NCBI GenBank assembly: GCA_964016885.1
Contig: OZ024740.1
Coordinates: 130,572,001 to 130,636,000, forward strand
Direction: 5' to 3'
DNA length: 64,000 bases
Source: Eledone cirrhosa
Taxonomy: Eukaryota
Within the stretch, counting starts at the first letter, position 1, and the number at the start of each line of letters is the position of its first letter. Below the pieces are notes generated by a model. The model did no database searches. It was not told the DNA's origin and saw nothing but the letters and a program-made list of their open reading frames with translations. Of the stretch, positions 43,989-56,365 are shown in pieces. The translations under genes and the position numbers were made by a program.

Positions 43989-44510
43989 AAATGTAAGTAT
44001 GCATGTATACGTACATACATATATGTATACAGACGTACAGTAGCATGCACATATATATATATATATATATACATATATATGTACATATGCATACAGGTAC
44101 ACATACATATATGCACGTATCAGTTTAGCGGCGCTAACGTCGCTTTGTTCGTTTGTAAACAAACTGAACAGCCTGAATTTATGCCATACGGTGTTAAGGC
44201 AACCACGTCACCTTTTTGTTCAACACTGACACAGGAACGATGTACTAGTTACTTGAAACTAGTACATCGTTCCTGTGTCAGTGTTGAACAAAAAGGTGAC
44301 GTGGTTGCCTTAACACCGTATGGCATAAATTCAGGCTGTTCAGTTTGTTTACAAACGAACAAAGCGACGTTAGCGCCGCTAAACTGATACGTGCATATAT
44401 GTATGTGTACCTGTATGCATATGTATATATATATGTATATATATATATATATGTGCATGCTACTGTACGTCTGTATACATATATGTATGTACGTATACAT
44501 GCATACTTAC

Positions 44511-44514
<4 letters not shown>
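43989..44514. repeat. ~260-bp-arm palindrome built from the HHR-repeat unit; 6-nt spacer at 44251-44256
   Basis: ...cgatgtactagtt acttga aactagtacatcg...; arms near-perfect. Confidence 0.9.
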
Positions 44515-44551
<37 letters not shown>

Positions 44552-44557
44552 AATATA

Positions 44558-44596
<39 letters not shown>

Positions 44597-44950
44597 TTGT
44601 ATATATGTATATATGTGTGTGTGTGTATGTATATGTGTATACGTATGTATGTGTTTATGTATTTGTATATGTATGTGTATGTATTTATTTTTACGTATGT
44701 ATGTGTACGTGCATTTGTGTGTATTGCTTACCACGTCTGATTGTTCACTTATGTGTTGCCTGTATCGCTGTCAACACTATAATAATCTTTACATTCATTT
44801 TTATTTTTTTTATTATTATATATTTGTTCTTATATTTATTTGTGTGTGTGAGTATATAGGTGTGTGTATATATTTCTATATTTGTGCATGCGTATACATA
44901 TGTGTCTATGTATGTGTATGTATGTACGTGTGTATATACGTATGAGTGTG

Positions 44951-44999
<49 letters not shown>

Positions 45000-45009
45000 T
45001 ATATATATG

Positions 45010-45108
<99 letters not shown>

Positions 45109-45115
45109 GTATATA

Positions 45116-45153
<38 letters not shown>

Positions 45154-46048
45154 TAAGTAAGACGCCGACGGCTGAGCTCAAGCCGTTTCGACGGCTAATT
45201 CTGTATTGAATGAAAAATCAATTCTGGTATTTAAATAGCCGAACTTGTCAAGGGGCAATTCCATATATGGTCAAAGAGATAATCACCAGGATTGGTCATC
45301 CCACAAGGTAGTAGTAATTCAGCGATGGCAAGTTGGTGGGGGAGGTAGCCAAACCTGCCAGTAGGAGAAAAGGGGAGAGGGGACGGAGTAGACCCATTCA
45401 TGCGTTGGTGGTGCCAGCTACAGCTGGGTGTGAGGTCAAAGAGGAACCAGGGGAGGGGGAGGAGGTCAATACGGTAAGTAGAACGATGAAAATGTAAAAC
45501 TGTAAAAGGTACTGAGAGAGAAAAGAAATATAAGCGGAATCCGGTTACTAAGAAATAGGCTGAATAAATACATAAATAAGTAAATAAGGAATACATAAAT
45601 AATATTCCACATAAGTAAATAAGAAATACAAAAATAATATTCCCTTTTTCCCTCTTCTCCCTTTTTCCTGTATTAATTTTCCGTTCTTTATTTTTAATTC
45701 GTTCGACTTTTCTTGTAGCTTGTATAAGACATTTTGATTCGTGGCGGTACCCTTAGAGTTAGCACCAGTATTTTTTTGCGGGACCCTGAATTACATTCTC
45801 GTACTAGTCTACTTTCTTGCACTGGGTGCTTGCTGGCCCGGTGTTTGGGGTATAAACTGTTATTTATTTATTTTTTCTTTCGTGGTGGTCTCTGTAGTAT
45901 TCCGACCCCCCCCCCCCTCTGTTGACCCGTAACCGTACGATACACGCACGTATACCCCGCATAAGGGTCCCTTTATCTCCGTCACAACTAGCTTTTTTTT
46001 TTTCTATCATTATCATTTGTTTTCTTATTCTTTTTATTCTACATTATA

Positions 46049-46083
<35 letters not shown>

Positions 46084-46129
46084 ATCTATCTATCCGTCCT
46101 TTTACTCACTTATTTGTTTATTTACTCAC

Positions 46130-46420
46130 TTATGTATTTCTTGTGGAATATTATTTACGTATTTCTTATTTACTTATGTGGAATATTACTTATGTATTTC
46201 TTATTTACTTATGTGGAATATCATTTACGTATTTCTTATTTACTTATGTGGAATATTACCTATGTATTTCTTATTTACTTATGTGGAATATTATTCATGT
46301 ATTTCTTATTCCTTATGTGGAATATTCTTTATGTATTTCTTATTTACTTATGTGGAATATTATTTTTGTATTTCTTATTTACTTATGTGGAATATTATTT
46401 ATGTATTTCTTATTTACTTA
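46130..46420 (+). repeat. 35-bp minisatellite inside the pLTR (8 units)
   Basis: Unit TTATGTGGAATATTATTTATGTATTTCTTATTTAC. Confidence 0.9.
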
Positions 46421-46732
46421 TTTATGTATTTATTCAGCCTATTTCTTAGTAACCGGATTCCGCTTATATTTCTTTTCTCTCTCAGTACCTTTTACAGTCT
46501 TACATTTTCATCGTTCTACTTACCGTATTGACCTCCTCCTCCTCCCCTGCTTCCTCTTTGACCTCACACCCAGCTGTAGCTGGCACCACCAACGCATGAA
46601 TGGGTCTACTCCTCCCCTTTTCTCCTACTGGCAGGTTTGGCTACCTCCCCCACCAACTTGCCATTGCTGAATTACTACTACCTTGTGGTATGACCAATCC
46701 TGGTGATTATCTCTTTGACCATATATGGAATT

Positions 46733-46827
46733 GCCCCTTGACAAGTTCGGCTATTTAAATACCAGAACTGATTTTTCATTCAGTACAGAATTAGCCGTCG
46801 AAACGGCTTGAGCTCAGCCGTCGGGGT
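46733..46827 (+). ncRNA. Type I hammerhead ribozyme with U3-A8 core variant
   Basis: gcccc-UUGACAA-G..CGGCUA...UAGCCG.C-GAAACGGC uugagcuca GCCGUC|ggggu. Confidence 0.75.
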
Positions 46828-47012
46828 CTTACTTACTCCTATTACCCACTCTACTACCCTAAGTATTGAGTACTTTGGTGCGTTATGGTCCACCTGGTTC
46901 ATTGCCACTTTTCCCTCGCTATCTAGCTCCTATCCCCGTAGTAGAGCACTTTCCGACATTACCACGCCGTATCCAGACGTTTCCGCCAAGCTCACTTTGT
47001 TTCACTCGCACC

Positions 47013-49179
47013 ATGTGAAAACACAATATCGACTTCTCTACCAAGAACATTCCAATCCCACCGAAAAAACTTTACCTTCGGATGCTCACGCAAAAAATCG
47101 ACCTATTTGCGAAAAGACTTAGATGGAGAACTTTTTTCTACGACAGATTCTGCGACAATCAGGACTTCGATACCAAGGAGAGATTCGGATTTATTACCTA
47201 CAAATCTCCCCCTCCGAACCCTTTGCTCTCACCCTTCGAGAATGACCTCTTCCAACTGGTCAAGAACCTTAAATTCAAACCCAGACACAACCGATTCCTA
47301 CAAAAACTCCGTAGCAACTTAACAGAGTATGATAACACCAATGACATCATGGCGCATTCGGATAAAACTGGGAACCTATACTTTGTCAACCCAGAAAGAT
47401 ACCACACACTGATCAGGAGCATCCTAAACTCCACCTATAAAAAGGCCAACCACTCATGCCTCGAGGACATCAATCGAGATGGACAACAAATTACCTCTAG
47501 CCTCGGGGTCGCCGACTGCACCGAACCCCTAGACCCACGGACACCCTACTTTACACTGAAGGACCACAAATCTGATTTCGACCGTAAACCATCTATCAGG
47601 CTTATAAACCCAACAAAGTCCGACATAGGGAGAATCAGCAAAAAAATCCTAGACCGCGTGATACCTAAAGTCAAGCCACACGCCCGACTTAGCCTATGGA
47701 TTAACACCCAGGAAGTTGTCTCATGGTTCAGCAATTTGGAGGATAAACGAGACACTAAATTTATCCAGTTCGACATAGAGAGCTACTACGCTTCAATCAC
47801 CTTACCGCTACTCACTGCCGCCTTGGACTTCGCCGAAGCACTTGTGCCCATCACCGACCAGGAAAGAAAAATCATCCTCCACGCCAGGAAGACAGTCTTA
47901 CTCTTTAACAACTCCAAATGGATAAAAAGAGCTCCCGACTCACCCTTCGACGTCAGCATGGGCGCTACCGACTCGGCGGAGGTCACAGATCTTATAGGAT
48001 TATTCCTGATAGCCAAACTCACCGATATGTTTCCGGCTTTTGGTGGTGGATTGTACCGTGATGATGGGCTCCTTACCCTTAAAGGGTACAACCCCAGTAG
48101 TACAGACCGGGTCCGTAAACAATTAATCAGCTTCTTCTGCGACTGGGGATTGAAAATAACCCTACAGACGTCCCTGACCCGAGTTAATTTCCTGGACGTT
48201 ACCCTCGATCTCAACAATGACCTGTACTACCCATACAGGAAACCCAATGACAACCTACACTACATCCACCGCCGATATAACCATCACAGGAACATCACCA
48301 ACAACCTGGTCAAAAACATCTCCCTCCGTATATCCCGTTTGTCAGCTAATGAGAGGATATTCGATGAACACGCGCCTTACTACAACCAGGCCCTCAAGCG
48401 GAGCGGTTTCCGGGAGGAAATATCCTACTGTCCAGCTCCCATTAGCGGAACCAGCAGGCGACACCGCCGCTCACGAAATGTAACATGGTTCAATCCTCCC
48501 CCACAACGCCGAGGTGACAACTCCCATCGGGAAAATTTTCTTTAGGCTCATGGAAAAACACTTCCCACCACAACACCGCTACCACAACATAATTAACAAA
48601 AATACCATCAAACTCTCTTACAGCACTACACCTAACTTCGCACAAAACATCGTCTCCTCCAACAACAAAAAACTCAACCCCGATGGAAGAAACAAACAAA
48701 ATAGCAGTGGAGTGCCGACCAGGAGGTGCAACTGTCCTGATAGATCAAGTTGCCCCCCCGACAACAGATGCAGAGACCGTAATGTGATCTACAAGTGCAA
48801 CGTGAGCACGGACACCTCCAACAAAGCTTATATAGGATTGACCGCATGCGACTTCAAGACCCGGCTATACCAACACAGACATACCTTCCGAAACCCGGCC
48901 CGGCGTCACGCCACCACACTTTCGGGCCACATATGGGACCTCAAGGACAACAACTTCAACTATGATCTCACTTGGAAATTACTGTCCAGAGCCAACTCCT
49001 ACACGGGAGGACGCCGTCCGTGCAATTTATGCTCGGAGGAAACATTACAAATGCTGTTTTCGACGGACCAACTCCTTAACAAGAAAGATGAACTGGTTAC
49101 TGCATGTAAACACCGATTACGTAGGACTTACCTCGCCCTCAAACCCCATAATGACCCGGGGGGGGGGGGGAGCCTATAA
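47013..49179 (+). pseudogene. PLE polyprotein (RT plus GIY-YIG endonuclease); UGA at codon 2 and one frameshift near 48495
   Basis: FSTKNIPIP, TLKDHK, RLINPTKSDIG, QFDIESYY, SMGATDS, LYRDD, WFNPP, CNCPDRSSCP, YIGLT, CNLCSEE, CKH. Confidence 0.92.
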
Positions 49180-49757
49180 CACCCCACTTGCCTATTTTGT
49201 AATGGGTAACCCCTGCTTGCCTATGGAGACGTAAGATCTTCCTTTACACATTTTTTTTATCGATCCAGTATCTCTCTCTTCTTTTTCCCTTTTTCCCTCT
49301 TCTCCCTTTTTCCTGTATTAATTTTCCGTTCTTTATTTTTAATTCGTTCGACTTTTCTTGTAGCTTGTATAAGACATTTTGTTTCGTGGCGGTACCCTTA
49401 GAGTTAGCACCAGTATTTTTTTGCGTGACCCTGAATTACATTATCGTACTAGTCTACTTTCTTGCACTGGGTGGTTGCTGGCCCGGTGTTTGGGGTAGAA
49501 ACCGTTATTTATTTATTTTTTTTTTTCGTGGTGGTCTCTGTAGTATTCCGACCACCCCCCTCTGTTGACCCGTAACCGTACGATACACGCACATATACCC
49601 CGCATAAGGTTCCCTTTATCTCCGTCACACCTAGGTTTTTTTTTTTCTATCATTATCATTTGTTTTCTTATTCTTTTTATTCTACATTATATATATATAT
49701 ATTTTTTTTTAATCTATCTATCCATCCTTTTACTCACTCATTTGTTTATTTACTCAC

Positions 49758-50120
49758 TTATGTATTTCTTGTGGAATATTATTTACGTATTTCTTATTTA
49801 CTTATGTGGAATATTACTTATGTATTTCTTATTTACTTATGTGGAATATTATTTACGTATTTCTTATTTACTTATGTGGAATATTACCTATGTATTTCTT
49901 ATTTACTTATGTGGAATATTATTCATGTATTTCTTATTCACTTATGTGGAATTTTCTTTATGTATTTCTTATTTACTTATGTGGAATATTATTTATGTAT
50001 TTCTTATTCACTTATGTGGAATATTCTTTATGTATTTCTTATTTACTTATGTGGAATATTCTTTATGTATTTCTTATTTACTTATGTGGAATATTATTTA
50101 TGTATTTCTTATTTACCTAT
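49758..50120 (+). repeat. 35-bp minisatellite inside the 3' pLTR (10 units)
   Basis: GTGGAAT recurs every 35 bp from 49771 to 50086. Confidence 0.9.
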
Positions 50121-50439
50121 TTATGTATTTATTCAGCCTATTTCTTAGTAACCAGATTCCGCTTATATTTCTTTTCTCTCTCAGTACCTTTTACAGTTTT
50201 ACATTTTCATCGTTCTACTTACCGTATTGACCTCCTCCCCCTCCCCTGCTTCCTCTTTGACATCACACCCAGCTGTAGCTGGCACCACCAACGCATGAAT
50301 GGGTCTACTCCTCCCCCTCTCCCCTTTTCTCCTACTGGCAGGTTTGGCTACCTCCCCCACCAACTTGCCATCGCTGAATTACTACTACCTTGTGGGATGA
50401 CCAATCCTGGTGTTTATCTATTTGACCATATATGGAATT

Positions 50440-50534
50440 GCCCCTTGACAAGTTCGGCTATTTAAATACCAGAACTGATTTTGCATTCAGTGCAGAATTA
50501 GCCGTCGAAACGGCTTGAGCTCAGCCGTCGGGGT
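50440..50534 (+). ncRNA. Second copy of the U3-A8 hammerhead ribozyme; a third, inverted copy lies at 45162-45256
   Basis: Same core and stems as 46733-46827. Confidence 0.75.
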
Positions 50535-51416
50535 CTTACTTACTCCTATTACCCACTCTACTACCCTAAGTGTTGAGTACTTTGGTGCGTTATGGTCCAC
50601 CTGGTTCCTTACCACTTTTCCCTCGCTATATATATATATATATGTATGTGTGTATATATATATATATGTGTGTGTATGTATATATATATTTATGTATATA
50701 TATATATATATGCATGTATATATGTGTGTGTGTATGCACGATTGTGTATTTGTTTGTATGTGTATGTATGTATGTGTATATGTAGGTGTATGTATATATA
50801 TACATATATATGTGTGTGTGTCTGTGTGTATATGCGTGTGTGTATGTATGTGTATATGTATATATATACATGTGTATGTATATAATTGTGTGTGCGTGTG
50901 TTTGCATGTGTGGTTTTATTTTTCCTTTCCTTCTTCCTTTTCCAGCCTCAGTTTCATATAGATTATATCTTTGTTTTTAAAATCCAACGCCAATAAATAC
51001 ACCAGGATTTTTTTCACTCTGATGATTGAAAGCAACATTTTTTTTTTGCTTTTAAGAAACCACTGGTAAATGAAATAATTGCCTTATGTTGTTTATTACA
51101 TAACTATTAAGCTCTGTTACCTACATAGAGCACTCTTTTTTCCTGGACTATTCCGACGGAATTACTTTATATTAAACAAGGTTTAATGAATAAATAAAAG
51201 AAATAATGAGTTTTACAATAGATTCGAAGCACTCAACAGTTATGTTTTCCAGTGTTATTAATATTAATTTAAAATATTAACACCTTCTCTATTGTATGTA
51301 TTATATATTTTTCTCAATATTAAGGTATATAAATATTGAGGAGTGTCATATATTACTCACTACCATGACTGAATCTTAACCATCTACTATGTCAGGGTAT
51401 ATCATGCATCATCTTT

Positions 51417-51479
51417 TTTTATCTGATGAGGACGTACTGTTGAAGTTAACTCAGTAACTCTGAAATATGTATAATAAAA
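51417..51479 (+). ncRNA. Type I hammerhead ribozyme with imperfect stem II
   Basis: uuuuau-CUGAUGA-gga..uacug...cagua..ucu-GAAA-UAUGUA-UA|auaaaa. Confidence 0.55.
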
Positions 51480-51521
51480 TATACTTGATCACAAGAATAT
51501 CTATTTTGTTAAGATATTGAA

Positions 51522-51570
<49 letters not shown>

Positions 51571-51574
<4 letters not shown>

Positions 51575-51750
51575 AGAGTCAGGACCCTGAAGGCTGCGTT
51601 CCGGCTATTTCGACTGCTAGATCAGAACTAAGCAAGCAGTATGCCAAAGCTCAGCCATTGGGGTCCTGACACTTTTATTATTACCCACTCTACTAAACTA
51701 AGCATCTAGTACTCTGGTGCCTTTTGGTTCACCTGGTATCTAACCAGGTT
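51571..51750 (+). mobile_element. Diverged relative of the Naiad pLTR 3' tail with a short inversion
   Basis: gctcagccattggggtcc...attacccactctact...agtactctggtgc matches 46812-46900. Confidence 0.6.
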
Positions 51751-51831
51751 AACCCCACCCCCCACCCACACACATTCAAGCTTGTTTTTGTTTTCTGTTT
51801 TAACTATAGTATATATATGTATATATATATA

Positions 51832-52210
51832 ATACGATATATTAACAAATGGAATCTATATTTATAAAACCATATATATTTCATTATATATATTTCAAGG
51901 ACACCAAGTTAAATTATGGTGTGCTTTCATCAGATAAAATATAATATAGATCAGTTTTATAAATAAATATTGACATACCCTTAAAGGATGCGACCATTTC
52001 TGTTGGAAACTCCCGGATAGTCTATCCGGGAGCTTCCAATAGAAATGGTCGCATCCTTTAAGGGTATGTCAATATTTATTTATAAAACTGATCTATATTA
52101 TATTTTATCTGATGAAAGCACACCATAATTTAACTTGGTGTCCTTGAAATATATATAATGAAATATATATGGTTTTATAAATATAGTTTCCATTTGTTAA
52201 TATATCGTAT
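51832..52210. repeat. Near-perfect palindrome with 189-bp arms and a 1-nt spacer (52021); HHR in each arm (51877-51941 on -, 52101-52165 on +)
   Basis: ccggatag-t-ctatccgg centre; uauuuuau-CUGAUGA-AAGcACACCA..UGGUGUcCUU-GAAA-UAUAUA-UA|augaaaua. Confidence 0.9.
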
Positions 52211-52298
52211 ATTTACTCCAATAATTTGTTGAGTGCTTTATATCAGTTATAAAAATATTTGGTTGTTGTATCCCAACAATTTAAATAGAACTTCTACA

Positions 52299-52342
<44 letters not shown>

Positions 52343-54009
52343 TATATATATATATATGCACAAATATGAGTGCATTATTGACGGATGTGAGAAAAGTTCT
52401 CTACACCAAATTAGAGTTTAAATATTCATTAGTTTATTTATATTGAATTGACAAATCTATTTTGTTACACAAGATCGTTTTTGCCACACCGTTTCTCATT
52501 TTGGGAATCCTGTTCGAATTACTCCATCTGATCTTACATTAATGAGTATCTCGTCTTCGGTAGTGTTGTTTGTGTTTGTGTATGTGATTGTATCTTTGTG
52601 TTCGCCTATTTCCACATGATTGTATGTGTGGCATACGTGAACGCGGGTCCGTGCAAGTATAGTTGGTTTTATATCTCCCCTATATTTTTCGTTCATGTGT
52701 GCTTGTGTTTTCTTTCCTTCTCTCTCTACATCTACAAGTTCAGAACATATAAATATAGTATTATCTAATGTAATAATTATCTGTAATATTCATGCTAAAC
52801 ATAGTCACCAGTTTTGTTATTTTAAGAAATGTAACTATTAGTATTATCATTAATTGTTGTTGTATTTTGTGCTTGTGTTTTCTTTATTTCTTTCTCTCTA
52901 CATCCCTTTATTTCTTTTATTTTATTCGTGTATACTATCGAGGTCAGGTTTATGTGTGTTTGTTTATCCCCTTTCATTTATTATTTTGCAATATATTGTC
53001 CTCAATCTTTAGGTTGTACTGTTTCTGCTGCTCTGTCCATGCTGCTATTCAAGTTCAGTTTCGTTTCTTCTATAAGCGTGGTTTACTTAATGTGTTATTT
53101 CGGTCTGTAAATATGATTTTTATCTCCATGTTTTCCTTACTATTTTTGCCCTTCTATTATGTAGTACATATTTTGTTTCTACATTTCCCTTAGATTAATG
53201 GTTTCTCTTTGGGCTTAACTTGTTTGTTATATAACGACTAAATGTGGATGTGAAATGGTTAAATTCAATCCCTTATCAGCGAAAATTGCTTCGTCCTGTT
53301 AGTCTCCTTGAACAAAAGTGAGCGTTTATGAAACAAATCATACAAATTACAATTATATAACAAACTTTTTCATCCAAATGTTGTTTAAATGATATATTTA
53401 TATCGTATTGAAAATGTATGGTTATGGAATGTTTTTGACTGAAAACATGTAATATTTATTGTAGTAGCTGCAACTTATAAGATATGATAAAATGTTATCT
53501 CTGCTTGGCTGATCAGTAACAGGTTATTTATTTCACGCTTCAGCTTCTAATCATGAAAACCATATTGTTCTGCTATATAATATCACCGAAAATATTACAT
53601 TTGCTCTCGATATATATTTTTTGTTCGTAGACATTTCCATATGGCTTCATTCATTGTAAACATACACAACATTGGAATTTTATGTTATAAACCTTTTGTA
53701 ATTCAAGTAGGCTTCAACCGTTATCTGAGTGGCGAGATTCGAAAATAAGCATACATACTAAGGCAAAACTCCAGTCAAGATATAAGATGCACGCACCCTC
53801 AAACGAGCACACACACACATACACACACACACATATATATAATATTGGAAGTTATTTGTTAACTTCGGTGGGAACACTTTTATGGATTCCTGGTTAAATT
53901 TCCCGGATAACTTTCTCGCATTCGTCGGTGGCGATTGTCAAAGTATGATCAGGTTGTGTTGTGATGTGTGACTCTATATATAAGAGAGATTTCGATGTGT
54001 CTGGGGATG

Positions 54010-54663
54010 GGATTCGGTGCTAATGAGTGTGGGAGTGAAATAATGTTGATGAAGTTTTAAAGAAATTAAAGCATGCATACATACACACACACACACATAC
54101 ACACACACAAACCAACGCATTCACGCACACTCACACATGCACACACATACATAGATAGAAAATGATGAATGTTGACTCAAGATAATGGGATGGGAGTGTT
54201 TAAGAAAGGGGCTTTGATGAATATAAAGGCAGAGTGTTTTTAAAATTCGTTTCTTGTAGCTGAATCAACTCTCTTGAATTTATAAAGAATACCTTCAACA
54301 AATAGAAGTTGATGACACCCGCACGTTCAAACATTCGATCGTTGAAGGGTAGAAAAACCCTCAGAGGTACACTAACATTTCATTAATTGCCCCATCACCA
54401 CCTCAATGTATATGTCAGTTTAAATAATTGAGTAGATGTGTGTGCAGTTGTGTTTGTATGTATGCCTGGGGGTGTACAGATATGTGTATATGTATGTGTG
54501 TATATGTGTTTATATATAAATATATGTGTATCTGTTTGTATATATATATATATATATGTATGTGTGTATGTGTGTATATATCTATATATATCTAAGTGTG
54601 TGTGTGGCTTTCTATGTATGTGTATGTATGTATGCATTTACATATATGTGTGTATATATGTAG

Positions 54664-54712
<49 letters not shown>

Positions 54713-54730
54713 TTCATATATATATATTCA

Positions 54731-54803
<73 letters not shown>

Positions 54804-55337
54804 ACATATGTATATATATATATGCGTATACATATATATGTATCTGTGTGTGCGTGTATGCGTGTGCCTGTGTGTATGTATGTAATATATATGGGCTGTA
54901 AGCACATTTACATATAGGGAAGTGAATATGTGTGCTACCATGCCCCCCTCCCTAACCCCACACTTCCCCACTCAAACCAATATCAACAAGATTTCTGAAA
55001 AATATCCAAGAACTATCCTTATTCTTCCCTTTGCTGTTATCCCATTCTTATCAAAAGACATCTATCTTACAGCTCATTAACCGCACCGCCATCAGACACG
55101 CACCTAAGTTCATCTTTGATATTGAAAATTGTCGAAGGTATTTTTTATACATTTAAAAGATTTGATTCAGCTACAAGAAACGAATTTGAAAATCATCGTG
55201 CCATTATATTCATCAAAGCTCATTTATTGAAATGGAACCATCAGGAGGTGACTTTTACAGCCCCTTTCTTAAACACTCGCATCCCATTATCTTGAGTCAA
55301 CATTCACCATTCTCTTTGTATATATGTGTGTGCGTGC

Positions 55338-55377
<40 letters not shown>

Positions 55378-55440
55378 TTTAATTTATTTAAATCTTCATC
55401 AACGCTCCTTCACTCCCACACTCATTAACACTGCATCCTC
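54010..55440. repeat. Diverged inverted repeat pair (~54010-54300 and 55130-55440)
   Basis: gttgactcaagataatgggatg vs catcccattatcttgagtcaac; aattcgtttcttgtagctgaatcaa vs ttgattcagctacaagaaacgaatt. Confidence 0.7.
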
Positions 55441-55510
55441 CCAAATACACATCAACATTCCTTTCCTTGTTTTCATATGTATATTTATATATATATATAT
55501 ATATATATAT

Positions 55511-55699
55511 AACGAAGGAAATGTGGTAAGGAACCAGATGGACCATAACGCACCAAAGTACTCAATACTTTGGGTAGTAGCGTGGGTAATAGGAACAAGT
55601 AGGACCCCGACGGCTGATCTCAAGCCGATTCGACGGCTAATTCAGTCCAGAATTAGCCGTGGAAACGGCTTAAGCTAAGCCGTCGTGGTCCTACTTGTT

Positions 55700-55703
<4 letters not shown>
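55511..55703. mobile_element. Solo Naiad pLTR tail (-) with fold-back of the HHR stem III region
   Basis: Matches the reverse complement of 50497-50625, then inverts at ~55645; flanked by (TA)n. Confidence 0.8.
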
Positions 55704-55760
<57 letters not shown>

Positions 55761-56229
55761 TTGTTGTAAGGTTGCATATAAATTCGTCCGTAGGCGGTAT
55801 GGCGGTTGGGTAATATATTAACAATTCACATTCTATTCATAATTTATTAACATATTACATATGTTTCGCCGTCAATCAGCTTGAGGCAGGATCTGTTACA
55901 GATCGAACCCAACTCTGCATGCGAAGGGTCATCAGATAATGCATTGCTGCGTAAAATGCAAGTGCTTCTTTTTCCAAATATTGTATGTTTCCTTAATCAG
56001 TTAAAGTGATAATAAAGAAACAATGAATAGGCCGGGAAGGTAAGTTATATATATATTCGAAATTACAAATATGTAATTATATCTGTAGGTGAAAGTACAT
56101 GTTTGACCGATTATGGCGTATATAAATGCATTTCTGTTTGTGCTTCTTTGTGTTAATCTGCTGTTTTTGACAAGTATTATCACGCATGTAACATGCCTTG
56201 ATTCGTTATCATATATCTTTACTTTAGGC

Positions 56230-56365
56230 TCATGGCTTGTTGGTTCGAGCATTGGGCTTGCAATCGAAAGGTTGTGAGTTCAATTCTCGGACCGGGTGAT
56301 GTGTTGTGTCCTTGAGCAAGACACTTTATTTCACGGTGCCCTAATTTACTCAGCTGTAGAAATGA
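56230..56365 (+). mobile_element. CORE-type SINE 5' part
   Basis: tRNA-like head, GAGTTCAATTCTC, TGTGTCCTTGAGCAAGACACTTTATTTCAC. Confidence 0.7.

Larger units (their letters stand above)
45151..50629 (+). mobile_element. Near full-length Naiad-type PLE: inverted partial pLTR (45151-45643), pLTR (45641-46922), ORF, pLTR (~49287-50629)
   Basis: Long direct repeats flank an RT/GIY-YIG ORF; upstream inversion typical of PLEs; both ends abut (TA)n. Confidence 0.95.

Noticed and set aside
46686-46712. ATGA-CCA..TGG-TGAT as a SECIS or K-turn
   Set aside because: Helix far too short for a SECIS, and the second GA is lost in the 3' pLTR copy
46017-50465. Overlapping hydrophobic ORFs and CRISPR-like periodicity in the pLTRs
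   Set aside because: Head-to-tail 35-bp minisatellite with no unique spacers and no cas genes; the ORFs are translations of the repeat
51015-51040. CTGATGATTGAAAGC
   Set aside because: No stem II or stem I pairing; likely chance
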